A stretch of DNA of 64,000 bases from Candidatus Bathyarchaeota archaeon (GTDB taxonomy: Archaea; Thermoproteota; Bathyarchaeia; Bathyarchaeales; Bathycorpusculaceae), in NCBI GenBank assembly GCA_963717465.1, contig OY970340.1:2688001-2752000 (forward strand), written 5' to 3'. The translations under genes were made by a program, and so were the position numbers. The notes beneath the pieces were generated by a model that saw only the letters and a program-made list of their open reading frames with translations, did no database searches and was not told the DNA's origin. Below are positions 1 to 10,940 of the stretch, one piece after another; position 1 is the first letter of the stretch; each line of letters starts with the position of its first letter.

Positions 1-250
1 TGATGATGCCTGAAAGACTTGGGTCAGTGTTTTGCTGGATTGCCACTAAGGCTTGATAAAGGTTATAGTTTCCATAGCCTGCATTCACTAACGCTGAAAT
101 TTCGTATCCAGGACCTTCATTACTTAGCTCCACAGTATCCTGAGTCGTGTTGAGATAAATTGCTTTTACAGGAAAAACACAAGCAAACATGCCAAGAAGC
201 AAAACTGCAAACAAGAACAAACCTGCAAACATAGCCATTCCATGTTTCAT
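1..250 (-). CDS. Secreted/surface protein, N-terminal part (runs off window edge)
   Basis: Manual translation MKHGMAMFAGLFLFAVLLLGMFACVFPVKA-IYLNTTQD...; signal peptide ending VKA, GAGG RBS, frame open to position 1. Not in ORF track. Confidence 0.65.
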   Translation of the reverse strand, partial: MKHGMAMFAGLFLFAVLLLGMFACVFPVKAIYLNTTQDTVELSNEGPGYEISALVNAGYGNYNLYQALVAIQQNTDPSLSGII

Positions 251-639
251 AGCCCTCAAGCCTTCCCCTGAATTGAATAGGACAACCAGATATTTCAGGC
301 ACTATTTTAGCGTTTGCTGAAATTAACCACAACAAACCATTCTATTACACTACAAAATAAAGGTAGTCTGTTTGTCTCTGTCTTTGTCTATTTCTCTGTC
401 TGTTTGTGTGATATATCCGATATCTATCCATGAGATATGTCTAAGCAGCTAAGAGAAAGAAGAAAATCTGAGTAGATACAAGAAGTTAAGCAGGTAAGAA
501 GGTTTGGTTTTGGGAATAAAAATTTAGTGCCAAACTCAAACCCCACACCAGAACAAAGGTACTTAAAGAAAATTTAATTAATGGGCGCCGTTCTGGATTG
601 GTTAGCGTTTGCCAGTATAGGATTCGAAGGTGGCAACTA

Positions 640-1767
640 ATGACTGAAAAAAAGGATTACTACGAGATTCTAGGTGTTCCGAAGAATGCGTCCAAAGAAA
701 TGATAAAAGACGCCTACAGGAAGCTAGCGCTGCAATATCATCCTGACAGGAACAAGTCTCCGGAAGCTGAAGAGAAGTTCAAGGAAATATCTGAAGCCTA
801 CGCAGTCCTGTCAGATGATGGGAAACGACAACAATATGACACTTTGGGTGACGCAAAATTTGATCAAGAGTATAGTCGAGAGGACATTTTCCGAGGTGCA
901 GACTTCGAGACGATATTCCGCGATATGGGAGTCAGTTCCGGCTTTGATGACCTCTTCAACGTTTTCTTCAGGGGTCAAGACTTCGAAGAAAAACAGCAAG
1001 TTATACGCGGTCGAGATTTGCGCTGTGAAGTTAGCATAACCTTAGAAGAAGCAGCGAAGGGTGTTGAAAAGGAAATTGATATCCCAAGGATTGAAAGATG
1101 CGAAGTCTGTGGGGGCTCAGGAGCTGCCAGAGGAACTTCTGTAATAACTTGTCCAAAATGCAAAGGGACTGGAAAGCTCAAAAACACAAGCAGAAGCGGC
1201 TCTGGCACGTTTGTGCAGTTCGTGCAGTGCTCTGCTTGCGAAGGCAAAGGCCAAACCATTACTTCACCATGCAGAAACTGCAAGGGAAAAGGCCGCGTAA
1301 GAAGGGAGCGAGAGATTACGGTGAAGATACCCGTTGGCATAACTGAAGGGTACCAGCTTAGGCTTGAAGGACAAGGAGAAGCACCGCCTGGCGAAGGCCC
1401 CTCAGGAGATTTATACATTCTTATTCATATGGTACCTCATAGATACTTCATAAGAGATGGAGACAATCTCTTATACAATCTATACATTAGCTTTACTCAA
1501 GCAGCATTAGGCGCGGAAGTCACAATACCAGCAATCGAAGGAAAGGCCAATCTGAGAATTCATCCTGGAACACAGTCTGGGCAGATTCTAAGAGTTAAAG
1601 GTAAGGGCATGCCGAGACTTGGAGGATATGGCAGAGGCGATCTGCGAGTCCGTGTAAATGTAGTTGTACCTGAAAAGCTGACTCAGCATCAAAGGGCTTT
1701 ACTAGAAGAATTAGCCAAAGACCTGGACCAAAACGTCAAACAAAAAGGCGAAAAGCAGATGTTCTAA
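640..1767 (+). CDS. dnaJ: Chaperone DnaJ, second stand-alone copy
   Basis: J-domain with HPD, G/F region, four CxxCxGxG repeats, C-terminal domain; ATG 640 after AAGGTGG. Confidence 0.95.
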   Translation: MTEKKDYYEILGVPKNASKEMIKDAYRKLALQYHPDRNKSPEAEEKFKEISEAYAVLSDDGKRQQYDTLGDAKFDQEYSREDIFRGADFETIFRDMGVSSGFDDLFNVFFRGQDFEEKQQVIRGRDLRCEVSITLEEAAKGVEKEIDIPRIERCEVCGGSGAARGTSVITCPKCKGTGKLKNTSRSGSGTFVQFVQCSACEGKGQTITSPCRNCKGKGRVRREREITVKIPVGITEGYQLRLEGQGEAPPGEGPSGDLYILIHMVPHRYFIRDGDNLLYNLYISFTQAALGAEVTIPAIEGKANLRIHPGTQSGQILRVKGKGMPRLGGYGRGDLRVRVNVVVPEKLTQHQRALLEELAKDLDQNVKQKGEKQMF

Positions 1768-1991
1768 ACCGAGCACAATTGAAGCATATGCATGTCCTAA
1801 AACGGTTAACTTTCGAATTGTAAGTGGAACTAGTTGCGCGTGGCTTCCATGTAATTTTAAAAGATAGTTAGTGCTAGTTATGCGTGAGCGTGCGCTATTA
1901 TTCAGTAAAATCCTCTTTTTTATTTTCATTGATTTAATTTTTTGGAAAAACATATATTAAAAAAGCCTTATAGCAAATTAAAGGTGTTTTG

Positions 1992-2749
1992 ATGGGAAAA
2001 TTAGAGGGAAAAGTTGCGATTATAACCGGGGCTGCTTCAGGAATAGGAAAAGCATCAGCGGTATTGTTTGCAAAAGAAGGAGCCAAGGTTGTGGTCGCTG
2101 ATATCCAAGATGAGCTAGGCAAAGAAACGGTTAAAAAGATAAATGATACAGGTGGCAAAGCCGTTTACGTGCATACAGACGTAAGTAAGGCAGATGATGT
2201 AAAGAACATGATTAAAACAGCTGTAGACACATACGGAAAACTAGACATTTTATACAACAATGCAGGAACTTCAGGCATAATGGCAGACACTTTAAACTAT
2301 CCTGTCAATCTTTTCGAAAATGTCATAGCAATAAATCTGCTGGGAACATGGTACGGAATCAAGTACGCTTTACCAGAGCTTCTTAAAACTGGAGCAGGAA
2401 TAATAATCAACACAGCATCAGTAGCTGGATTTACCGCTCCCGGATACATGATGCCATACGGTGCAAGTAAAGCCGGAGTGGTTTCGATTACAAAAGGCGT
2501 TGCACTAGAATACGCAGACTCAAGGCATACGTGTTAACGCCGTAGCACCGGGGCCGATAAAAACGCCAATGAATTCAGCAATTCTTGCAAAGATACCACC
2601 GGAGCATCAACCAGAGAAAAGAGTGCCAATGCGCAGGCAGGGAGAACCTGAAGAAATCGCTAAGGTTGCACTATTTCTAGCCTCCGATGATTCGTCTTTC
2701 ATTACAGGACAGTACTTTGCTAGCTGACGGAGGAGAATGCCCACTTTAG
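1992..2749 (+). CDS. Short-chain dehydrogenase/reductase (frameshifts near 2520 and 2720)
   Basis: TGAASGIG, NNAG, YGASK; continues in shifted frame as QGIRVNAVAPG...PEEIAKVALFLASDDSSFITG...DGG. Confidence 0.88.
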
Positions 2750-2775
2750 CTAGCGCACATTAATCTTTCTGCATC

Positions 2776-3678
2776 TCACCTTTTCTTCGTATTCTCAAGC
2801 TCAGTTATCCTCTCTCGTATATCGACAGCTTCATCCCATAGTCTATTGAATAGCATTATAGCCAATTGGATGATAGACTGGTTGTTTGTCCACAGCAGTT
2901 GATTCATATTTAGTTCATTTTCAGAATCCATCTCTTTCAATGAACTAAATTGCAAGGTAATAGCTTTTTCATCGCTAATTATGAAGCTTGGAAACCGGGC
3001 TGGCGGCAGGTCTAAATGCCGAACCTTAATGCAACCTCTAAACTCCTCTAAGTCTGCAGCGATGTCTTTAGCTACATTCAACATTGAATAATCGATTCTA
3101 GTTATGAATTTGAATTGTGCTTTTTTTCTCCGCAAAGCAGAAGTAACTTCCCTCCGCCGAAAACCTCCAGGAACATCATATTCACGCCTTGCTAACTGGT
3201 CAGAAATAACCAAACATTCTTTTTGTGTTTGAATGGCCATCTCTAAACCTTTTAGAAAACCAACATGCTGGTTCTTAAGAATTGCATACTCGTCACTTAC
3301 TATGGGAGTATCCCTGATTTTCCAAGACTTCATAACACTATTTAGCAATTTTTTATCTTTTTCTAAGAGCTGAATTTCTCTTTTTTTGGTTTTTGTAGTA
3401 TTATCAATAATCATTCCAAGAGGGACAGCAGCGAATTTGGCAGGATAGGTCATCGTAGATCGGATAAGACCATTGGCTTGTAGATATTTCAAGCTGCGGT
3501 AGACTATAGATTTATTCGATTTTATTAATTTCATGATATCCTTTCCGTATTGAGGCACCCCTTTTCTTAGTAAAAAAATGTAAATTGTTGCAGCATTTCC
3601 TTTAATTCCAATTTTCCCAAGCATTTCTTTCAATACGGGAAGAGGACTATCTTCTTCAATTCCATTGTATGTACTCAA
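2776..3678 (-). CDS. TrmB-family transcriptional regulator
   Basis: N-terminal wHTH (IYIFLL...VYRSLKYLQANGLI...PAKFAAVP) plus PLD-like C-terminal domain (FIISDEK...LWTNN...FNRLW). Confidence 0.8.
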   Translation of the reverse strand: MSTYNGIEEDSPLPVLKEMLGKIGIKGNAATIYIFLLRKGVPQYGKDIMKLIKSNKSIVYRSLKYLQANGLIRSTMTYPAKFAAVPLGMIIDNTTKTKKREIQLLEKDKKLLNSVMKSWKIRDTPIVSDEYAILKNQHVGFLKGLEMAIQTQKECLVISDQLARREYDVPGGFRRREVTSALRRKKAQFKFITRIDYSMLNVAKDIAADLEEFRGCIKVRHLDLPPARFPSFIISDEKAITLQFSSLKEMDSENELNMNQLLWTNNQSIIQLAIMLFNRLWDEAVDIRERITELENTKKR

Positions 3679-3932
3679 TTACTTATCGCGCTCCCTCAAT
3701 CCAAATTAATACTCTCTAGTCAATTGACTAAACAGCGCGGCAGGTGGCTCCAATATAGGACTCACCTTTAATTCCAATTTTCCCAAGCATTTCTTTCAAT
3801 ACGGGAAGAGGACTATCTTCTTCAATTCCATTGTATGTACTCAATTACTTATCGCGCTCCCTCAATCCAAATTAATACTCTCTAGTCAATTGACTAAACA
3901 GCGCGCAGGTGGCTCCAATATAGGACTCACCT
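3599..3932. repeat. Tandem direct duplication, 166/165-bp units
   Basis: 3599-3764 and 3765-3929 identical except for one G; CCT microhomology at the junctions. Confidence 0.95.
3717..3730. promoter_or_regulatory. Perfect palindrome TAGTCAATTGACTA (second copy 3883-3896), candidate operator
   Basis: 14-bp perfect inverted repeat between the divergent TrmB and SDR genes. Confidence 0.5.
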
Positions 3933-3996
3933 GACAATATTAAATACTTTTGAAGTGATGATTAAATCAAGAAAAAGTGGAGTTGGAGGTGAAACA

Positions 3997-4869
3997 ATGA
4001 GTATGAAAACGGGTAGTGAATTTTTGAAAGAGATCGGCGTTGACCGCGTACCCAACTGGATTATAGATAAACGTGTCACTGAGCTTATGGATCTTAAGGG
4101 TAAGAAGGCAATTGTCAGCGGAGCTGGTGGTGATGGACTCGGTAGAGCCGTAGCCAACCGTCTGGCGGGTTTAGGTGCTGATGTTGTATTAATCGACAAA
4201 AACATTGCTGGAGCCGAGCAAAACGCCGAAGCCGTGAGAAAGCGCTGGGGGACCAAAGCAATCCCATTAAAAGCTGATCTCATGGTCTGGGATGAAGTAG
4301 TGCGAGTTATGCGTGAGGCTCATGATGCATTGGGAGGTATCGATATTTTGGTGAACAATCCTGTTACTGTCGCTGGCGGGCTGTTTGAGAAAATGACTAA
4401 GGAACAGATTGATCTGACAGTCGTGGGAACCTTGCAGATTTGTCTTTACAGTTCGCGTGTGATACTGGATTATATGATTCCGCAACGCAGTGGTCGCATT
4501 ATCAATATCTCCTCTGTTGGAGGGCGGATTGCTCACCGAGGAATATCGGTATATAATGCTTGTAAGTCGGCTGTGAATGGCTTCACTCGTAACCTGGCTC
4601 ATGAAGTTGCTCACTATGGCATCTACGTTATGGGTGTGGCTCCTGGAATCATGTTCAATGAAAGACAAAGGCAATTTTTCCTCAATGCTACTGAAGAACA
4701 AGCCAAAGTAGGGAGGGAAGCCATCATGGAGGGTTTCTCATACCAACAGCTAGGACGCGTTTCAATACCTGAAGAAGTAGCAAACATGGTAGCCTACCTC
4801 GCAACGGACGCAGCAAGTTATATGATCGGCCAGACTATCGATGTCGCTGGCGGGCAGTCCATGGATTAA
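3997..4869 (+). CDS. Short-chain dehydrogenase/reductase with N-terminal extension
   Basis: SGAGGDGLG, VNN, YNACK, VAPG, IGQTIDVAGG; GGAGGTG RBS before ATG 3997. Confidence 0.9.
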   Translation: MSMKTGSEFLKEIGVDRVPNWIIDKRVTELMDLKGKKAIVSGAGGDGLGRAVANRLAGLGADVVLIDKNIAGAEQNAEAVRKRWGTKAIPLKADLMVWDEVVRVMREAHDALGGIDILVNNPVTVAGGLFEKMTKEQIDLTVVGTLQICLYSSRVILDYMIPQRSGRIINISSVGGRIAHRGISVYNACKSAVNGFTRNLAHEVAHYGIYVMGVAPGIMFNERQRQFFLNATEEQAKVGREAIMEGFSYQQLGRVSIPEEVANMVAYLATDAASYMIGQTIDVAGGQSMD

Positions 4870-4914
4870 TAAGGTCGCACGAAAGATAAAGACGAAAAAT
4901 CATCCAAAATTTTT

Positions 4915-5130
4915 TATTTATGCGTATCATTCGTGGAATCCATTCTTTTCTTTCACACCTGATAATTCGCGAATATCAAAGCTTCTTCACTTCAACTTCT
5001 CAAATGTTTTCTTTGCCTGACTTTTATTCTTGGAATCTCCACGCTTGTTTCAAAATAGCTGTTTAGCCTTTGGGTGAAATCCTTAGTTTCAACATCATTA
5101 AAGTATTCCCTTTAGCCAATTTTACCTCTT
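4915..5130 (-). pseudogene. cas1: Degraded C-terminal fragment of a Cas1-like (solo/casposon-type) endonuclease
   Basis: Across stops and frameshifts: RGKIG*REYFNDVETKDFTQRLNSYFETSVEIPRIKVRQRK...EEALIFANY...ERKEWIPRMI, resembling from memory the archaeal solo-Cas1 C-terminus. Confidence 0.55.
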
Positions 5131-5233
5131 GAACAATGTGCTAACCCTAAAACTATTAAACGCCTATCAATTAGGTAATTAATTGGCGGAATCAAAAATG
5201 CTAAAAAAAAGAAAAAAGTTGGTATACTTCAAC

Positions 5234-6691
5234 TTAATAGTCTAAGTACTTCATTATTTCCCAGGGTGAAACGTATAGGCAGTATTGGTTCCAATCGTTT
5301 GTCTTTAATTCGATGAATGCATCGAATATGTGTTTTCCAAGAGTTTTTTCAAGAACTTCGTCGCTTCGTAACTCATCCAATGCGTCTTTTAGCGTAGTGG
5401 GTAACTCTTTTATGCCTAATTCTTTTCGTTTAGCGGCAGATAATTTGTAGACGTCTTCGTCAACTGGGTCGCCTGGTTCTATCTTGTTCTTGATTCCATC
5501 TAATCCAGCCATTAGGATGCATGAGAACGCCAAATACGGGTTGCATGATGGATCAACGCCTCGGTATTCAACTCTTTTTTGTGCTGCAAAACCTGCACCT
5601 TTGTAGTACAGGGGAATTCTTGCTAGTGAGGATCTGTTGCGTCTGCTCCACATTACGTAGATTGGTGCTTCAAAGCCTGGAACGAGTCGTTTATAGCTGC
5701 TTATGGTTGGGCAGCAAATAGCAGTTAATGCTTTTGCATGAGCGAGTATGCCTCCGACGTAGTATCTGCCGATTTGGCTTAGTTCAGCGTACTCGTCTTT
5801 ACCGTCGTACATTACGTTCTTTCCGTCTTTCCACAGTGATGAATGAACATGCATTCCGCTTGCATTGTCTAGGTAAATTGGTTTAGGCATAAATGTGGCG
5901 ATTAGACCGTGTTTCTTTGCGATGTTTTTAGCTACGAATTTATAGTATAGTGCGCGGTCGGCTGTTTCAAGAAGTTCACCGTACTTGTAGTCTATTTCAA
6001 CTTGTCCTACTGTTGCTACTTCATGGTGGTGTTTTTCGATGGTTAAGCCAAAGTTGTCTTCAAGTATTTGGGAAACCTCATTTCTGTAAGCCACTGTCGT
6101 ATCTTCAGGTGGGGCTCGGTAATATGCTTCTTTGGGTCTTAGGATAAATCCTCCGGGAGTTATTTCCGGCGAGTTCGGCACGACTCTTGGAGCTCCCCAT
6201 GAATCGCCTTCTCCTCCTTTTGGACTGACCCATAGGTCCCAAATTAGTTTTGTAGGGTCAATTGAGGAGAATACGAAGTGTTCTAGTTCAGGAGCGAAAA
6301 TTCCGGTGTAGCCTAAGTCTTTTGCTGCTTTTATGGCTCTTTTTGCCACGTAGCCTCTTGGGCAGGTGACTGAGGGTTCTGTGCCGCCGAAAGCTTCCAG
6401 TGCATCGCCAAGTATTATTGCGCTTTTTTGTGCTTCATCAGTAACCCAAGGCATCACTGCAAGTGTCTTTGGGTCTGGCATGAAAATCATATCTGATTCT
6501 TCAATGGATTTGAATCCTCTTACTGAAGAACCATCGAATCCTATGCCTTCTTTAAATGCGGCTCCGTTAAGGTATTCTCTGGATGGCAGAACCATGTCTT
6601 GCATGATACCTCTTATGTCGACGAACGCTGAATGTACCCATCGAATATTGTTCGTTTTGAGAAGTCCAATTGCTTTTGTTACTTCATCCAT
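5234..6691 (-). CDS. glnA: Glutamine synthetase type I
   Basis: FDGSS, HHHEVAT, TFMPKP, NASGMHVH, YKRLVPGFEAP, NRS, RVEYR, NPYL. Confidence 0.97.
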   Translation of the reverse strand: MDEVTKAIGLLKTNNIRWVHSAFVDIRGIMQDMVLPSREYLNGAAFKEGIGFDGSSVRGFKSIEESDMIFMPDPKTLAVMPWVTDEAQKSAIILGDALEAFGGTEPSVTCPRGYVAKRAIKAAKDLGYTGIFAPELEHFVFSSIDPTKLIWDLWVSPKGGEGDSWGAPRVVPNSPEITPGGFILRPKEAYYRAPPEDTTVAYRNEVSQILEDNFGLTIEKHHHEVATVGQVEIDYKYGELLETADRALYYKFVAKNIAKKHGLIATFMPKPIYLDNASGMHVHSSLWKDGKNVMYDGKDEYAELSQIGRYYVGGILAHAKALTAICCPTISSYKRLVPGFEAPIYVMWSRRNRSSLARIPLYYKGAGFAAQKRVEYRGVDPSCNPYLAFSCILMAGLDGIKNKIEPGDPVDEDVYKLSAAKRKELGIKELPTTLKDALDELRSDEVLEKTLGKHIFDAFIELKTNDWNQYCLYVSPWEIMKYLDY

Positions 6692-6911
6692 GATATCACA
6701 TCATTTTCAAGTGTTCTGGAAACCGATTCTAACATAAACATATATAACATTATCCATTAAACGTATGAATGAACGTTCAATCGAATAAATTCGCATTCAA
6801 CCCATTCTAAACATCAATCTAGCATTTGAATAAAAAAAGCAAAAAAAATAAACAAATGTTCAATCAAGCAACGAAGCTCCTCAATATAACCTAAATTAAA
6901 AGTGAAAAAGA

Positions 6912-7172
6912 TCAGAGTTTCTTGTATACCACATCTTTTTCTTTCGCCTGCTGAATCAACTTTAAACCCACACTTTGCCCTGCCTCAGCTCTGGCGACTT
7001 CCTTGCGGTCAATCTGCATTGAAGCCACGGTTTGTTCAAAATCTGTTGAAGGCCCTTTAATGAGGATGCGGTCTCCCTTTGAGAGGGGTATTCTTAAGTC
7101 AACGACTGCCACGTTAATTTTGTTGAAGATATGACCAACGTGACCGATTTCAATTAAGTCTTCATCGCTCAA
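6912..7172 (-). CDS. Small translation-elongation-factor-like beta-barrel protein
   Basis: IGHVGHIFNKINVAVV...GDRILIKG...FEQTVASMQID...GQSVGLK; likely TTG start at 7172. Confidence 0.75.
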   Translation of the reverse strand: MSDEDLIEIGHVGHIFNKINVAVVDLRIPLSKGDRILIKGPSTDFEQTVASMQIDRKEVARAEAGQSVGLKLIQQAKEKDVVYKKL

Positions 7173-7370
7173 AGAGTTAAGCCTCTTGTGTATTAATACA
7201 GTGGATGACAATAAAAGACTTGCTATTTATTTCCAAAAACCAGATTATTTTGGATTTTATCATAATTTTTATTATAATTAATTGATTACAAATCCTTAAG
7301 TTTACATTTAAGATTAAACATAGAATTTCTTTTGATCGACTGAGGGCTTGTAATCAAGATTTTAAAAAAT

Positions 7371-8492
7371 TTATAAATGGAATTTGTGCGTTTTTGATAC
7401 GTCGGTGTTGAATTCTTTTGCTAATTGCTCCAGTAATGATCTTTGTTGAGATGTTAGTTTTTCTGGAACTGATATTCCCACGCGGACCAGTAAGTCGCCT
7501 TTGCCGTAGCCTCTGAAATGCGGCATTCCTTTTCCTTTTAAACGGTAAACTTCGCCTGCTTGTGTTCCTGAATGAATCTTTATGATCGTTGGTCCTTCAA
7601 GTGTTGGAACGGATATTTCAGCGCCCAGAGCTGCTTGGGGATAGTTTACGATTGCTGCATGCCACAGGTTGTCTCCGTCCCGTTCAAATAGATTGTTCAG
7701 TTTTATGTTAACTTGAACGTAGAGATCGCCTGCTTCGCCATTGCTGTCCGTTAATCCGCCTTCCCCTCTTAGCCTTATCTGGTACCCGTCATCTATGCCT
7801 ACGGGTATTTTGATGTTGATTTTTCTATATTTCTTAGCTAAGCCTGATCCGCGACAGTTGCTGCATGGTTTTTCTATTAGTTTGCCTTTTCCTTTGCATG
7901 TTGGGCAGGGAATTACTTGAACAAACATGGAAAAGCTGTTTTTTCTCATGTTTTGAACTTTGCCTGCGCCGTTGCATCTTGGGCAAACTGTGGCTTCTGT
8001 GCCTGGGCTCGCTCCTGAACCTTGGCAGACTTCGCAGCGTTCTGTTCTTGGGATTTCAATTTCTTTTTCGACACCTTTGGCAGCTTCGTCCAAGGATAGT
8101 TCTAAATTGTAGGCTAAGTCTTGACCTCTATTGATTTGTTCTCCGAAACCTCCGAATCCTCCGCCGCTGAAAATGGTTCGGAAGATATCACTGAAGTCAA
8201 AGCCTACGTCTCTGAAAACAGAGTCAAAGTCAGTTCCTCTATAGATGTCTTCAGGAGAGTACTGTTGGTCAAAACCTGCATGGCCAAGAGTATCGTATTT
8301 TTGACGTTTTTGGTCATCTGAGAGTACAGCGTATGCTTCGGAAATTTCTTTGAATCTTTCCTCTGCTTCCGGAGACTTATTTCTGTCCGGGTGAAACTGC
8401 ATTGCAAGTTTTCTGTAGGAGTCCTTAATTTCATCTTTTGATGCTTTTCTTTCAACACCAAGTACTTCGTAGTAATCTCTTTTCTCAACCAT
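7371..8492 (-). CDS. dnaJ: Chaperone DnaJ (operon copy)
   Basis: HPD J-domain, four CxxCxGxG repeats, directly downstream of dnaK. Confidence 0.97.
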   Translation of the reverse strand: MVEKRDYYEVLGVERKASKDEIKDSYRKLAMQFHPDRNKSPEAEERFKEISEAYAVLSDDQKRQKYDTLGHAGFDQQYSPEDIYRGTDFDSVFRDVGFDFSDIFRTIFSGGGFGGFGEQINRGQDLAYNLELSLDEAAKGVEKEIEIPRTERCEVCQGSGASPGTEATVCPRCNGAGKVQNMRKNSFSMFVQVIPCPTCKGKGKLIEKPCSNCRGSGLAKKYRKINIKIPVGIDDGYQIRLRGEGGLTDSNGEAGDLYVQVNIKLNNLFERDGDNLWHAAIVNYPQAALGAEISVPTLEGPTIIKIHSGTQAGEVYRLKGKGMPHFRGYGKGDLLVRVGISVPEKLTSQQRSLLEQLAKEFNTDVSKTHKFHL

Positions 8493-8517
8493 TAAGTTTT
8501 ACCGCATCTCTTCAAAC

Positions 8518-10413
8518 TTATTTAACTTTATAATCTTCTGAATCAACCACTTTTTCATCGCCAGAAGGCGCTTGCCCGCCACTTGGACCTTGCTGTGGGC
8601 CGGCACCTTGCTCAGCTTGCTGACCTTGTTGTTTAGCTTGTTCTGCAGCTGCTTGTTCATAAATCACTTTGCCTACTTCCTGCAGCGTCTTTTGAAGCTC
8701 GTCTGTCTTTGCTTTAACTTGCGACATATCTTTGCTGGCCAATGCATCTTTTAGTGCAGTAGTTGCAGAGTCAATTTTGCTTATTTGATCCGGCGTTATT
8801 TTGCCCGCTAAGTCAGTCTTGGTTTTCTCAGCAGTATATATTAGACTGTCAGCGTTATTGCGCAATTCTGCCTCTTCACGTTTCTGTCTGTCTTGCTCAG
8901 CGAACTGTTCGGAGTCTTTAATTAATCGGTCTTTCTCCTCTGTTGAGAGTTTCGTGGATGCAGTTATTCGTATTTTTGATTCTTTTCCCGTGCCTCTATC
9001 TTTGGCTGTGACATTCAATATACCGTTAGCATCTATGTCAAACGTCACTTCTATCTGTGGGATTCCTCTTGGCGCAGGCGGTAAATCTACAAGGTTGAAC
9101 ATGCCCAATGAAACGTTGTCAGAAGCCATCGCACGTTCTCCTTGAAGCACATGCACTGTGACCGCTGTTTGACCATCTGTAGCAGTTGTGAAAACTTGAC
9201 TTCGCTTAGTCGGTATCGTCGTGTTTTTCTCCATTACTTTCGTCATAACTCCACCCAAAGTTTCAACACCTAAGGTTAACGGTGTAACGTCGAGCAATAG
9301 CAGATCTGTAACTTCACCAGTTATGACTGCAGCTTGGATTGCGGCGCCTATGGCTACACATTCCATCGGGTCAAGGCCACGTTCGGGTGTCTTTCCCAAA
9401 ATTTGTTCTACAAATCTTTGAACAAGCGGCATCCTCGTCATGCCACCGATAAGGATTATTTTGTCTACTTGTTGAGGGTTCAATTTTGCGTCTTCAAGAG
9501 CTTTCAGAATAGTACGCTCAGTCTTTTGAACTACAGGTTGCGCTAAGGATTCAAGCTTTGTTCGAGTTAAGGTTAAGTGTAAATGTTTAGGTCCTGAAGC
9601 ATCAGATGTAAGAAACGGCAAGTCAATATCAGTGCTCATCAAGGTTGAAAGTTCAATCTTTGCTTTTTCAGCAGCTTCTTTCAGTCTTGAAAGCGCCATT
9701 TTATCACCTGAAATGTCGACACCTGTTTGCCGTTTGAACTCTCCTAAAACAAAATCCATAATTGCCCTGTCAACATCTGTTCCGCCAAGCTGGGTGTCAC
9801 CACTGGTGCTTAGCACTTGGAAGACGCCTTTCCCGAAGTCCATCAATGTCACATCATGCGTTCCACCGCCGAAACTGAAGACCAAGATCTTCATTTCGTG
9901 CTCAAGCTTGTTTATGCCGTATGCAAGACAGGCAGCGGTTGGCTCGTTGATTATTCGCATCACTTGAAAACCAGCGATTTCTCCAGCATCTTTAGTGGCT
10001 TGTCGTTGGTTATCATCGAAATGGGCTGGAACAGTTATGACCGCTTTGCGGATAGTTCCACCCAAATAAGTTTCTGCGTCCTTCTTTATTTTCTGAAGAA
10101 TAAATGATGATACCTGTTGAGGAGTGTATTCTTTACCGTAAATACTTGCTTTGTATGTTGTTCCCATTTTCCGCTTTATCTCGAAAATGGTTCCTTCAGT
10201 ATTAGTAGTTGCCTGACGTTTTGCAGGTTCACCTACCAATAGTTGACCATCTTTAGTCAAGGCGACAACTGACGGAAACATCTTTCCAGCCATTGTCGGG
10301 CCTTCCGCACTCGGAATCACAGTTGAACGACCGCCTTCATATACGGCAGCGGCTGAATTCGTGGTTCCTAAATCTATTCCTAATACTTTTTCACTTTTTA
10401 CATTACTACTCAT
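8518..10413 (-). CDS. dnaK: Chaperone DnaK (Hsp70)
   Basis: [44 protein letters not shown]. Confidence 0.98.
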   Translation of the reverse strand: MSSNVKSEKVLGIDLGTTNSAAAVYEGGRSTVIPSAEGPTMAGKMFPSVVALTKDGQLLVGEPAKRQATTNTEGTIFEIKRKMGTTYKASIYGKEYTPQQVSSFILQKIKKDAETYLGGTIRKAVITVPAHFDDNQRQATKDAGEIAGFQVMRIINEPTAACLAYGINKLEHEMKILVFSFGGGTHDVTLMDFGKGVFQVLSTSGDTQLGGTDVDRAIMDFVLGEFKRQTGVDISGDKMALSRLKEAAEKAKIELSTLMSTDIDLPFLTSDASGPKHLHLTLTRTKLESLAQPVVQKTERTILKALEDAKLNPQQVDKIILIGGMTRMPLVQRFVEQILGKTPERGLDPMECVAIGAAIQAAVITGEVTDLLLLDVTPLTLGVETLGGVMTKVMEKNTTIPTKRSQVFTTATDGQTAVTVHVLQGERAMASDNVSLGMFNLVDLPPAPRGIPQIEVTFDIDANGILNVTAKDRGTGKESKIRITASTKLSTEEKDRLIKDSEQFAEQDRQKREEAELRNNADSLIYTAEKTKTDLAGKITPDQISKIDSATTALKDALASKDMSQVKAKTDELQKTLQEVGKVIYEQAAAEQAKQQGQQAEQGAGPQQGPSGGQAPSGDEKVVDSEDYKVK

Positions 10414-10415
10414 TT

Positions 10416-10940
10416 TTATTTTCCTCCATCATTGTTACTTTGAGTTTTACATACAGCTACTTTGACGATCGCAGGTCGAATCACTCTATCATTCATTTTA
10501 TAACCCTTTCTTATTTCTTCAATTATTTTGCATGTGTCAATATTATCTCGCTCTTCGGTTGCTATAGCATTATGCAACGTGGGGTCGAATATTTTACCGT
10601 CTGAGCAATCAATTTGAGAAACGCCTTCTTGCTCAAGAACTTTTCTTAGCTTCTTTAATGTCATTTCAACTCCTTCTAATAGGTTTTTTTGCGTATTTTC
10701 TGAAGATTTCCCTATTTTTACAGCCAAGTCCAATTCATCGGCAACATCAAGCAGTTGAATGACTATATTTTCGGTGCAATGTTTTTTGATTTGCTCGGTA
10801 TCCCTATCGAACCGCTTCTTCAAGTTTTCGAAATCAGCCTGCAGGTACTTTAACCTTGTCAAGTATTCTTCTGAACGCTTCTTTTCAGATTCAAAAAGCG
10901 ATTCAAAATCAACTGGCTGATTCTGCTGATCATCAACCAC
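10416..10940 (-). CDS. grpE: Nucleotide exchange factor GrpE
   Basis: [36 protein letters not shown]; upstream of dnaK. Confidence 0.95.
   Translation of the reverse strand: MVDDQQNQPVDFESLFESEKKRSEEYLTRLKYLQADFENLKKRFDRDTEQIKKHCTENIVIQLLDVADELDLAVKIGKSSENTQKNLLEGVEMTLKKLRKVLEQEGVSQIDCSDGKIFDPTLHNAIATEERDNIDTCKIIEEIRKGYKMNDRVIRPAIVKVAVCKTQSNNDGGK

Noticed and set aside
582..636. tRNA-like start (GGGCGCCG...TGGTTAG...TTCGAA) before dnaJ
   Set aside because: No acceptor-stem complement, anticodon arm or paired T-stem.
3599..3932. Possible CRISPR array, given the nearby cas1-like fragment
   Set aside because: Two long adjacent units without spacers; the 29-bp repeat at 17367 also lacks a spacer. 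No array seen in the window.
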